A stretch of DNA of 64,000 nt, from the IMG/VR virus record IMGVR_UViG_3300023035_000005, positions 64,001 to 128,000 of that record, one strand, 5' to 3'. The translations under genes and the position numbers were made by a program. Shown here one piece after another: positions 1-11,467 of the stretch. The notes under the pieces are model-generated. The model worked only from the letters and a program-made list of their open reading frames with translations, did not search any database and had not been told where the DNA came from. Source of the stretch: a virus. Position 1 is the stretch's first letter. Each line of letters begins with the position of its first letter.

Positions 1-71
1 GAGATTAGTAGAAATTTATCATTAATTATCTATGGTATTACAATTACCTAAACTATCTATTTTTTATTAAT

Positions 72-1151
72 TTATTCTTTAATTAATATTCTTTTTGTAT
101 TCATATTATTTTTAATTGTTCTTATTAAACTAAATCCTTCTTCAGTTAAATGATCTTTAGATTTAATTAATTTAGCTGCTTTTACTAAATCTAAGTAATC
201 TTCCTTTTTTACACCTAATAAAGGGTACTCTTTTAATAAAGGTATTATTTTGTCATTTATATCTGAAAAGGTTGTAACTAAATATTGTCCTTCGTTACGT
301 GAAGGTGATTTATAATATCTACCACAATTTAGATAAGTTGTAAAGCTATTTAATAATAATTCATCTTTAACGTGTTGAGTTATTGAAAATCTTAAACTCA
401 CGTTAGCTTTATTATTATTTTCTTGAATTATAATTTGAAAACAAGCTTCTGCTTCTATAAATCCTCTAACTCAATTAGAGTTTCTTATATTAGCCTTATC
501 TAAACTTGGTCTAGTTATGGGTTCTCTAAAGACAGCAGGGAAAGATTCTTAAAATTTTACAGGTAAACCTCAATTTAATGCTGATTTTATACGAACTATT
601 TTTAATAAACCTGTACTCGATAAATGTTCTTTATTGTAAATTAAATTTATAGCTTGTTTAAATAAAATATAATCTGCTTGTTTTTGAGTTATTAAAGGAT
701 ATTTGTCAAAATGATCTATAATTACTTGCAAATCATTTAAAGAACTAACACGATATTGTATAGAATCAATACCATGTTTATATATTTTACCTACATTAAA
801 AGTTCTCTGTATTGCCTCTAATAAATTTAGGTCTTTATTATGTAAAGATATACTAAAGATAGGTTTAACTTGTCAACCTGTCAATCTTCTACTATCTTTA
901 AATATAGAAACAGAAAAACAACCCTCTCCATCTACAAATCCTGTAATATAATCAGGATTAAGATAGAAAGTATTTTTATTATTAAAACTGTATCTTACTT
1001 GATTTTTAGATATTTTGTAGCTAATATTGCTCCTTCCGAAGGCAGGAGCGAAGCCTTGATAATATGAAATTGAAGAATATAATTTTTTTAATAGATTGTT
1101 TGAGATAATTAATCATGAATTTATAAGGCACCTTTGTCGACTTTTAAACAT
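72..1151 (-). pseudogene. Double-motif LAGLIDADG endonuclease with premature stop
   Basis: YITGFVDGEGCF and WVRGFIEAEACF motifs in code 4; in-frame TAA at 549-551; homologous to the ORF at 18501-19584. Confidence 0.85.
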
Positions 1152-1269
1152 ATATTGATTTTTATTCAAATTAGTAGCCGTAGGCTTGTGATTTATAAAT
1201 AATAAAGGGTAATATTTATATGACATATTTAATACTCAGGGTTGGCAGGCTTTTTTTCCTCCTACGAAG

Positions 1270-1545
1270 TCAGGCAGGACTACTGCGCATATTGTCTTTA
1301 ATAACATTAATTTCTGCTAATCCTTCTTTAGTAAGATGTGCTTTCGATTTTATTAATTCTGCTACTTTTACAAAAGAAATGTAATCTTGTTGTTTAGCAC
1401 CTAATAAAGGATATTCTTGAAACATAGGTATAATTATATTATATATGTCTGAAAAGACAGAAACAATGAAATATACTTCTTTACGGTTAGATGATGATAA
1501 ATATCTTCCACAATTTAAATATCCTACTATGCTTTTCATAAGGTC
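1270..1545 (-). pseudogene. LAGLIDADG C-terminal fragment
   Basis: YLNCGRY...IIPMFQEYPLLGAKQQDY...HLTKEGL; resumes where the plasmid polymerase sequence stops; 3' end overwritten by a GC repeat. Confidence 0.8.
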
Positions 1546-4545
1546 TTTTCCCTATATATCTATGCAATTCTGCCATTTCCACATCTTCTAACGGTTTTGA
1601 ATCTAATAAATTTCATTTATTTTCTTCAAAGTTAAAAACACCGTTTTCCTTTTCTGTCGTTATTATCAATCTTCTATTGTCAAAGAACAAACGAAATGTT
1701 TGGTCTTTGAGTTCAACCGTAACGTGACCACCTCGTTTATATATATCTAAAGCAGATCTCAAACGCTTGTTAATGTAAATAACCTCTTTATTATCACTCT
1801 TTAACCCTTCTCTTAATAATTTGTCCATTTCTTCCATGCTGTATAAATGTCTTTGAAATCCAGTAGATGCTACCAATTCATTACCACCACCACCTGTACT
1901 AAACTGACCTCTGGTTGTTCAACTACTAATACCAACTCCTTCCTTTTTCTTTTCATAACCTGTTGGATCCCCAAATAAATCTTTTCTACCCTTTCTAAAC
2001 ATATTCAATAAATTAGTTGTTGATGACGGTAAATTTAGAAGTTTTTTCTCTAAGTCAACAATATCCGTTATAAAACCGTCTGTTGTAACTGAAACTACCT
2101 TTCCTTCTAATTTTTGTATGTTATGAAGTGTTTCTCCTATAACACTTCGAATAAACGCTGTTATTCAACTTGCTAAAATAGGATTTGATAAATCATTACC
2201 CTCCATTCTTACTGTTCTATTTAACCTAATATCATATTTCATTTTATTAGATATACCCCGACAAATTAGTCCGTAAATAGCATTTGCTAACTCCTTAAAA
2301 AGTAAATTGTTAATACTTTTTGCAACTTCGTTTGACCTTTTTGATTGCAATTCTTTTATCACCGCGTAGAACGTAGAAAGGTCTCATTAACAATTCCGCT
2401 TGATCTTTTTGCTCTTTAGTCAATTCTTCCTTAGGATCTTTTGATGCATATTTTTTCATGGGTATATAACAAATTTCCTTAAAAATTATTTCACAACATT
2501 GTTCCAAAGCTAATATGTACTCAGGACCTGTCAAATGACATTCACCTTCTAAAGGATATACTGTAGTTGTTTCATCTACAAAACATGGTATTGAAGGGTA
2601 TTTTGTATCTTTTGGAAACTTAAATTTCCCTTGTATACATGTATAAGAACGAATTATATCAATTGTATCAATTTTAGCTAATTCTTCTTTAGAAATGATT
2701 CTTGCGTTTTTATAATCAGGATCACCCATCAAACTCATCCCTGAAGTATAGGCGCTAGTTAGATCATAATCAACCCACTTAAAAGAATCATCAATCCCAT
2801 ACATAAAACTTTCATTTCTACCACCTTTGTAACTAGCTATGTATTTACTAATATGATGCCCAACATCACCCACAGAAAATAACCCCCTAGGCGTTTGTGT
2901 TTTTGCTGAATCATTTATTAAATACTCTGGGTTTATTTGATAACCTTCATAATTATTAAGTTGTCAAAACTTTCTTAAATGACTAGAAGAAAGCATTGAC
3001 AATGATAATGGAACTCCTATCATACCCAACTTAAATGCAAATTCCTCCATATAAACACCGTGTAATAAAGCTATTTTTGCATCTTGTATAGCATAATCCT
3101 TAAACAAGTTAAAATCCTCTACTAAAAGTTTATCCATTTTTGTTATTCAATCACCTATATCTATTTTAGGAAAATCATACATTTTTCCTAAAGCGGCTAA
3201 ACTGTTACTAGTACCGGGACACAATAACATTGCGTCCCTCATAATAACATTTATATCACCAACTAAATAAGGTTTTTTCAAACTTACCATTGATTTATTC
3301 ACTATATCGAAGTCATTTTTAAAGACTTCATAATCTTTTAAAATACTTAAATCCGCTGCTGTATAATGACCTACAAAATAATTATTTCTAGTTAAGGTAA
3401 CAGAAACTTTTTCTGGGGTAAAAGTTTGTTTATACGTTCTCTTAAACTTTTTACTAAGTACCTTCGGTTTTTCTATAGGTATTATAGATTCTAATTTTTC
3501 TACAGAATCTAAAGTCTCTACAGACTCTTTAAAGTGTTGACTAAAGTCAACAACTTTCTTTACATTTATTTCAGTAGTTTTTATACCCTCTAATTTTTTA
3601 TCACTTTTCACACCCTTAACATCCTCAACTAGATCTTCAAGATCAACCAGATCAACCAAATCATTGTTAAAAATCCTTTTTAACAACTCATATACCTCGC
3701 CCAACTTTACGTCTAAATCGTTTTTAGACATTGAGTCTGATTGATTAACTAATTCTGTTAATGAAACACCTTTAGCCACATCTAGAGAAAATCAAGTTTT
3801 TAACAAGCTTTTATCAAACATAAAGAACATGTTATCATTCTTCTCTGTAAAAGGTATACCCTCTTTTATTAAACCGTTTACTAACTTTTTAATGCTTTCA
3901 TCATAACTAGGGTAAAGAAGTTCTCTAACAAATTTTATATTGATGTTTATTAAATCATTTATATAATTTACATTTAATTTACCTCCTAACACCTCTTCTA
4001 GAGGTTTGTATGAAACATTACTTAAGGTATTTACCGACCTCATTCTATAAATATCAATCACAGAAGGAATTTTCATCACAACTCTGGAAACCACTGCTAA
4101 TTGAACCGATAATAGTTGATTTCTTATACCCTCTAAGTATTTATATTCGGTATCAAAACCGGTGTAAGTGTTTAACAAAAAACTGATTCCACCTTTTGCC
4201 AAACCCTTTTTGATATAGGATCTCAAAAAACTTTTGAGATCCTTACCAACAACCTTTAAATAACTATTTTTGTCGTTTTCAATAACATAAAAAAATGTTT
4301 TATTTATTCAAGTTACTAAAGTATATAGATCTAAATAAATTATATCAAATCAAACATTTAAAACCCTTATTTGGTGTTTAATTTCCAGATCATCAAATCG
4401 AGTTGGTTTATCCTTCTTATTCTGTTTTATCAGTTCCTGAATATACCTCGATGTGATGGGGAAATTCACAAAATGTTCTTCAGTAAATCCATTCACAAAC
4501 CCTTTGCTATTTAAACCATTTAACAGCGTTTTTTGAAGGAATATC
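1546..4545 (-). pseudogene. dpo: Plasmid-type family B DNA polymerase (TTD type), frameshifted and C-terminally truncated
   Basis: TGFDTEY exonuclease motif, YKGGRNE, VDYDLTSAY, KELANAIYG, VSVTTDGF; 7-nt tandem duplication (cgtagaa x2) near 2365-2378 shifts the frame; no start codon of its own. Confidence 0.88.
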
Positions 4546-7500
4546 TCCTGATGAGCGATGATTCTACTACCTTGGGCGATTCTATTATTTCAGGCGATTC
4601 TATTATATTAGAGAATTCTTCTTCAGGTACGTTTCATCCATTTTCCTCTGACATAAAGTCTTTAGGAATATCAGATGTAAAATCTATCGGAAGATCATCG
4701 GGTGCGTATTCTCCTATTATTTCGGGGGATTCTATTTTAGAGAATTCTTCTGGTACGTCATAGGATACATACCCTTTGATAGTATAATCAAATTCGTTAA
4801 TTCTCTCGTGAATTTCTTCAACCATCACTTCTGCAAGTATACTCTTTGCAAGCATATAATCGTTTACAGACATGTTTATATTTTTATTTCTATTTTTTCA
4901 ATCTATAAGTTTTTCTGATATATAATATTTATTTGAGTTATCTATAAGATCCCTTGATATATAATAATCCATTATATAATCTTGTAAAGATGTATTTTTA
5001 GCTTTTTCTAAATCTCTAGCTCTTTCAATTATCCCATCTTCTATTCTATCAAGTTCTATTTCTATTCTATCTATTTCTTTTTGGATATATTCAACACCTC
5101 TTTCAGGGTTATACTCTACAAGAGCTAATTTTTTAGTTTTCTGGATGATTTTTAATTCATTAGCCTTTCTACGACGTTCTTTCTGTACTTCTTGTGAAAA
5201 ATCTTTGAAGAATAAGTCAGAATCGAAATCTGGTAGATGTGTCTTTACAAAGTCTACAAAAACTTCGTTTTCTCTATTACGAGGTACAGTTCTTGATATA
5301 GTTGTACGATTCTTTAACTTGGAAATAATGGTAATAGAAAGTTTTACCTCACGAGCTTCTTCACAAGAATGTACAAAATTTATTATTGATTGATAAGTAG
5401 GGAAAGCGTTTATAGGAATTCCAAAGCGTTTTGATACATCTGTAGATAAACAGGCTTTTATAAATCCTCTAACCGAAGTTTCGATATAACTTTTATATAC
5501 TTTAGAAGTCTGTGTTGAGTATCCTGTATAAATAGGTACTTTAACAAGTTTTGATAAAACTCTTAGTCTTTGAAATTCAGAAGCTCATTTTCAAGGTCTT
5601 GAATCTTTTAAACCTATATCAGTATTTTTCCTTGGTATATTAGGATCTCCTTCTAAGAGACATCGTTTGTTATCATACTCAAGAGTGTATCTTACATCTC
5701 TATATTTAGATATAACATGTCCACCCTTTTTGTATATATCATTACCACGTCTTAATCCACTCTGTATAAACTCAAAAATCTTGGATTTATCTTCCAAATT
5801 TAGAATTTCACTAAATTCTTTAATAAGAAAGTCTTTATCTAAACCATTAGTTTGAAAGCCTGACGCAGCACTCATTCCTGCGACTCCGCAGGAACCTCTA
5901 GTTTTTCAAGCTGCTAACCCATTCTCCTCCTTATGCTTTACTTCCAGAGCTTCGTCGGAGCTTTCTAGGTCTTCTGATGTCAAGTAAGAACGTATTTCTT
6001 TATATATCAGTAAACAATTCTTTTTACAATCTGGAGAATTCATTATTTTATCTTCTAAGTCTTCTATATCGGTAATAAATCCATCGGTTGTTACGGTAAC
6101 TACCTTACCACCTAAAATATGGATATTATTTAGACATTCTCCAATAAGAGCTCTTGTAAAACCGCATATATAACTTGATAATATAGGATTAGATAAAATA
6201 CCACCTTCTACTCTGATATAGCTTTTTGTAGCTATGTCATAGCTCTTTTTTCCACTAATTCCCATTGATACCAAACCGTAAATCGCATTAGCGATTAACT
6301 TATACATAGCATTAAGGAAAGTACCCTTTGGGTTCTCTCTTCTCATCGCTTGTATCTTTGACATTATAGATCTGAAGGGTGTCAGGTAGCTAAAAACAGC
6401 TTCTTCTATTTTAGCTCTATAATTTGTTCCACCTTCTACTTTCTCATTTTTATCCTTCTTATTTTTAGCTTCTTCTTCTGCTTTTTTCTTCTCCTTCTTT
6501 GCTGCTTCAGCAGGACTAATAGGACTCTTTTTAAACGGTATCATAATACCGTCATTCACGAATAAACGACACCCCATTTCTTTAGCAACTAGGTATTCAC
6601 AACCCGTTATCACACTTCTACCTTCTTGAGGATAGATATCAACATCATCATCTACACGCGTTGGAATACAGGGGTATTTTACGCTAGATGGGAACTTGAA
6701 ATCAACATCCAGCGAAATATAATTTAGTAATAAAGATTCATTACTCATTTCTAAAACAGTCTTATTATAAATACGTACTGGTTTTTCTGTATCAGGGTGT
6801 CCCAGAATAGACATAACAGTACTATAAGCACTAGTGAGATCGTAATCAAATCACTGGCGTGATTTTGGAGTTACTATCTCATCTATTCCATACATAAAGG
6901 ATTCATTTCTACCACCTCGGTAACAGGCTATAAAGGATACTATGTATTTGGATAGATCTATCGCACGAGCGAATTTTGGTGTTAATTTAGAAGTAAGATT
7001 ACCTATATTTATGTCATGACGTACTTGATAACCACCATACTTCGCTTGTGATCACTCCTTTAGAACGTATGAGTTTGATATCCCAGAAAGAGTTAATGGT
7101 ACTCCTATTTTACCAGTTTGGTGATAAAATTGTTCCATACTAACCGTATGTTTTAGTGTAATTACAGCATCCTGAAGAGCATATTCATCAAATAATTCCT
7201 TATTTTCTTTTAATAAATCCTTCATTTTACCGCTTCTGTAATTACCAATATCCTTTTTCTCATAACCCTTTCCATAAATCTCACCTACAGCCTTAAGACT
7301 TTTAGATCCTGGAGGTGATAATAATATGGTATCTCTAATATTGACTTTACTCTTGCAAAAGTCGAATACTAGAGCATTACCTCTAGTTACGAAGGACCCG
7401 CTTATCAGATTTAAATGATCCTTGAATTCATTAAAATCACTTAACATAGATAAATCCGCACTAGATTCGTGCATACTTAGGTATAAATTTCTTGTAACGG

Positions 7501-8770
7501 TTATATTCAACTGATGTGTAGAATCTCAAAATTTATAACATATACGCGATGTTGGTTGACTAATTGCTCTATTTATACTGTTCTTCATTTTATCCGACAG
7601 TTGATCAGGATATGATCCTGTCAATACTGTCTCCCCTTCCAGAAAAGCTTTATCTTCGGTAGTTACATCAGTAACAACCGAAGGATTGCTTTCAAGTAAA
7701 TTCTTTGAAGGTATATTATTTAATAACGATATAAATTCTGATAAAGCCTTTGTATGTTCCATATCATTTATAGACTCAGAGTCTATAATTAACTCTTTAC
7801 TAGAGTACTCACTAACATATCTAATCAATTTTTTAACCTCTGTTTTCGGGCTTGTATAAATAGTAAAATCTTTTTCTTCCATAATTATATCTTTATTTCC
7901 CTCTTCAATGTCTCGAAATTGAATTTTGTGTCTTTCAGATAATGCATCATGCAATCTTCTTATAAATTTATCATTTCCTATAAACAACATCTCCCTTATT
8001 CCCCGTATAACATCCGAAATACTCTTGCAACACGATGTTACCATAGTTTTTTCACCTATCTGGAAAATGTTTAAATTAGGTTCATCATAACTAAATTCAA
8101 TTCATTGTACTGAACCTCATTCTATATTAGGTACTTTTACATAAAAAGATGTTTGTGATGCTAATTGGATAGAAATCAATTCATTGGTCATTGTAGATGA
8201 ACACGAAAGATCGTATTCACTATCATAACCAGTGAATGTATTCATTAGTACATTAACACCTCTATTACAAAGTCTTTTATTTATAGCAGGATGTATCATC
8301 CGCGTATAATTATCTCTAATCGTTTTCAAATCAGCCTTTCGGTCGATAGAAAACTCAGTTTTTTCTCTACCTTCATACTCCTGTATATACCGTTCTAATA
8401 GTATAATCAAATTAAGCATCAGGACCATAATTAGATTATAGAGTATTGTATTCATCATAATAGAGGCATTGAAGGTCTTACGTTTTGCTAATCGGCTAAA
8501 CGGATTCTTTGGATCAGGATCCTTCTTAAGCTCTTCCATAAAGTAACGGACTATCGGAATATTCACAGAAGGATCGTTTATAAATCCTTTAGTATTTATA
8601 GAACCTACATCTATAAATAACTTATCCAAACAAGTAATTAACTCTATTGCATGCTCCTTATCTCTAATGGTAAAACCTTTCGATATAGCGATCCCATAAC
8701 GACCATCAAATTTAACAACCTTATCTAATCAACTGTAACTGCTATTCATTTTTTCTTCTTCTTCTTTCAT
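4520..8770 (-). CDS. dpo: Plasmid-type family B DNA polymerase (Fiji/LaBelle-like, TTD), ~1416 aa open ORF
   Basis: Track fragments join in one frame via TGA=Trp from ATG 8770 to TAA 4520-4522; TGYDSEY, YRGGRNE, FDYDLTSAY, KLIANAIYG, VTVTTDGF. Confidence 0.88.
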
Positions 8771-8843
8771 TTTCTATTTTTGATTTTTATTTTTATTTAT
8801 ACTTAATCATTCTAGTGTTGCTATCTTATCGATAAGTGAAACA

Positions 8844-8897
8844 CTAACAGGATGGGGCGATCTAACAGGATTGGGCAATCTGACTGGATTGGGCAAT
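8844..8897. repeat. 3 x 18-bp tandem repeat upstream of dpo
   Basis: ctaacaggatggggcgat / ctaacaggattgggcaat / ctgactggattgggcaat. Confidence 0.9.
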
Positions 8898-8929
8898 AAT
8901 AATCATCAACTATAGTTGTTATTCATTTT

Positions 8930-9225
8930 TCATTTGTTCTAATAGAGCTATATCCCTGTTATGTAAAGATATTTTAAAAACAGGGTTAACACGTCAACCT
9001 GTTGCTAATTCCCTATTCTTATTAATAGTGATATTAAAACACCCCTCACCGTCTATAAATCCCGTTAAATAGTGAGGATTTATATGATTAGATGGATTAT
9101 CATTACTAGAAGAACTAGTAGAATACCATCTATTGGTGAAACATTTACCTTGAACTTTTGTCTTATTTATTTTTAAATCACCTAATGTTAAATTATTATC
9201 AATAAATTTAAAATATGTTAATTGT
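8930..9225 (-). pseudogene. LAGLIDADG N-terminal fragment in frame with duplicated atp6 exon
   Basis: HYLTGFIDGEGCFNI...W RVNPVFKISLHNRD then breaks off at plasmid DNA. Confidence 0.85.
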
Positions 9226-9350
9226 ACCATTCCTATTAAGTTATTTATCAAAATAAAGAGAAATAAAGCATATATAAATGGAAAGTACATTTGTCCATTT
9301 TTAGGATTTATTTGGTTTGTAACAATACTATGTACTGTAGCATATAAAGA
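9226..9350 (-). pseudogene. atp6: Duplicated, 5'-truncated atp6 exon 1 segment
   Basis: SLYATVHSIVTNQINPKNGQMYFPFIYALFLFILINNLIGMV, a divergent copy of 19585-19709. Confidence 0.9.
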
Positions 9351-9747
9351 GAGAGAGACTCCTACACGAAAATTACACCCTCCTTCGTAGCCCAGCATGA
9401 CTAGCCGCGCCTGTGCTAGGCCTACGTAGTCGGGGTAGAAAAATATTATTTATATTGCCCTCCTCCTATACTTCTGGCGTAGCACAGAAGTATGGCAGTC
9501 CTACGGACTCCACCCGATTTTATATTTAATATAAATAACCACAACAACTTCCGGTCGTAAAAAAAACATTTATCCTCACCATCAGGGCCAGGTCTTATAA
9601 AAAAAAATGTATTTTTTTTATTAGACCTGGACCTGAAACTAAATTTTATAAAGGCAGCTAGCCTCTATGCTTCGCTAGTAGTAGAAAGCTCTTAATTAGT
9701 GTCCTAATCCGGAGGATATGGATACTAATTAAACCATTTAATATTTA

Positions 9748-11072
9748 TTATGAACTAATTAATTTTATATAATACTTTTTATTGTTAAATAATACAGGTT
9801 TATTAGATTTAATTTTACTGTAGACACTTGTACGACCAACACCTAAGTACTGAGCGCAAAGGTTTCCAGAATCAAATATCTTAAAGATTTCCCCTGTTTC
9901 ATCTACAAGTGTTACTCCTTTACTTGCAGTTTCTTGAACTATCTTTCCAGAACTCTTATCTATTCTTTTACCTTCACTCCCCACATCATAATTAGAAGGT
10001 GAAGCTAAAAGTTTATTTATTTCAAAGTCCAAGTTAATTCTATCGTCTTTCGCTGCTTCTACTGAAGCAGTAGATAGTCTTTTACTATTCATTTGTGAGA
10101 TAATTTTTAGAATAAGCTCTTTTCCTTCAGGTAATAAATGTTTACCCTCGGATTTTAATGTTAAAATGTAGGCTCAATCTATGAAATCTGATTCTTTCTT
10201 AGTTAATCAAGATAAGCTCTTCAAAAATGGGACAAGAACCTTTAAAAGATATTCACTATTTGAAGTTTCTATTGAAACATAAGGTTTAGCATTAGGTTTG
10301 TTCTTAAAGCTAGTATATTCGTACATATGAAAAAAAGAAGATATTCTCTCGCTAAAAGACTTACCGCTATATTCATTAGCCAATTCATCCAAAAATAAAA
10401 CGATTTTTTGGAATAATAATTTATCTCTAGAAACTTGTCCTAATCTAAATTTTAAAGCCAAAGATTTGGACTCTGCATTAAAATTACCCTCACCTTCAAT
10501 AAACCCTAATAGTCAATACTTTGTAATTATTATATTATCAAAATTAAAAACTTCATAAGGACGATTCTTATTCATACCATTTTTTAAATTAGCAATTTTT
10601 AAGAAAACTTCTGATTGTTCTTGCCGATTGTCACCTTCACCTGAAACTCTATTCACATAAAGTTCAAAGGCGCACTTTCAATCTTCAAAGTCCAATCTTT
10701 TAGCTGTATTTAAAGGATTGTTACTTAAAATATCAATAAGAACTTTAATATCTGCTTGACGATTAACTTTTCACGAAGCTGACGAGCAATAAGCATAAAC
10801 TTTACCTATATTTAATTTGTCTTGGAGAAAATTTAACACAGCTAGATCATCTATATGTACTTCAATTATAAACTCAAATTGATAACCGTGCTGAGTTTTT
10901 TTAATGACAAAACAACCCTCACCGTCGATAAACCCCCTTAGTTTCATCACTCATATAGATCAGAACTAGCTATCTTTGAGTTAACCTTGATGAAAGTATC
11001 ATTAACTTTACTAGGGTTCACAGTACAATCTAAATTATCAATAGTAACACTAGTACAAAAATTTTGTTTCAT
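9748..11072 (-). CDS. Free-standing LAGLIDADG endonuclease with C-terminal HTH/NUMOD1-like domain; early frameshift, alternative ATG at 10947
   Basis: ATG overlaps the atp6 stop (TAATG); LRGFIDGEG and WLLGFIEGEG motifs; apparent 5-nt insertion near 10942-10947. Confidence 0.8.
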
Positions 11073-11279
11073 TAGTGTAAATCCAATCCGTCTTTTATAT
11101 ACCCCGCAGATAGCACTATGAATACCTGAGCTTGGATAAAGGCTATACCTAGTTCCAAACCCGAAAAAGCTATTATAAAAGACAAAGGGATAAAACCTAA
11201 AAAAAAGAATACTATACCACTTGTCATAATATTGTATGTAAAACCTGCTAAGATATTTAATAGCATATGGCCAGACAAT
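11072..11279 (-). CDS. atp6: ATP synthase subunit 6, exon 4
   Basis: (I)LSGHMLLNILAGF...ELGIAFIQAQVF...GLDLH*; preceded by omega-G at 11280. Confidence 0.95.
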
Positions 11280-11467
11280 CGTCCAACAAATTCATCCTTA
11301 TATTATACTATTTCTTAAAATATACCGCAGTATTCTAGTATACTAATTTGAACAAATATTTTCCTTTAAAAGGTTTACTTCTATTTTCTTTTAAGTATAA
11401 AGAAATACTGGGTTATCTCACTCAAATGATATATTAACCATATCCACTTTTTCTTACGTAAGACAAC

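Larger units (their letters stand above)
1546..8930 (-). mobile_element. Integrated mitochondrial plasmid DNA (two tandem family B polymerase genes)
   Basis: Two PolB ORFs lie between the N- and C-terminal fragments of an intronic LAGLIDADG gene. Confidence 0.85.
1..9225 (-). mobile_element. Second copy of atp6 group I intron at position ~344 (3' end outside window), carrying two LAGLIDADG ORFs and integrated plasmid DNA
   Basis: Starts directly after ATG GT| of the duplicated atp6 exon, the same junction as the intron at 18223-19584; ends with a LAGLIDADG ORF homologous to the one in that intron. Confidence 0.75.

Noticed and set aside
1613-8629. Apparent fragmentation of polymerase and other genes into many ORFs
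   Set aside because: Mostly an artefact of reading TGA as stop; fragments join in code 4
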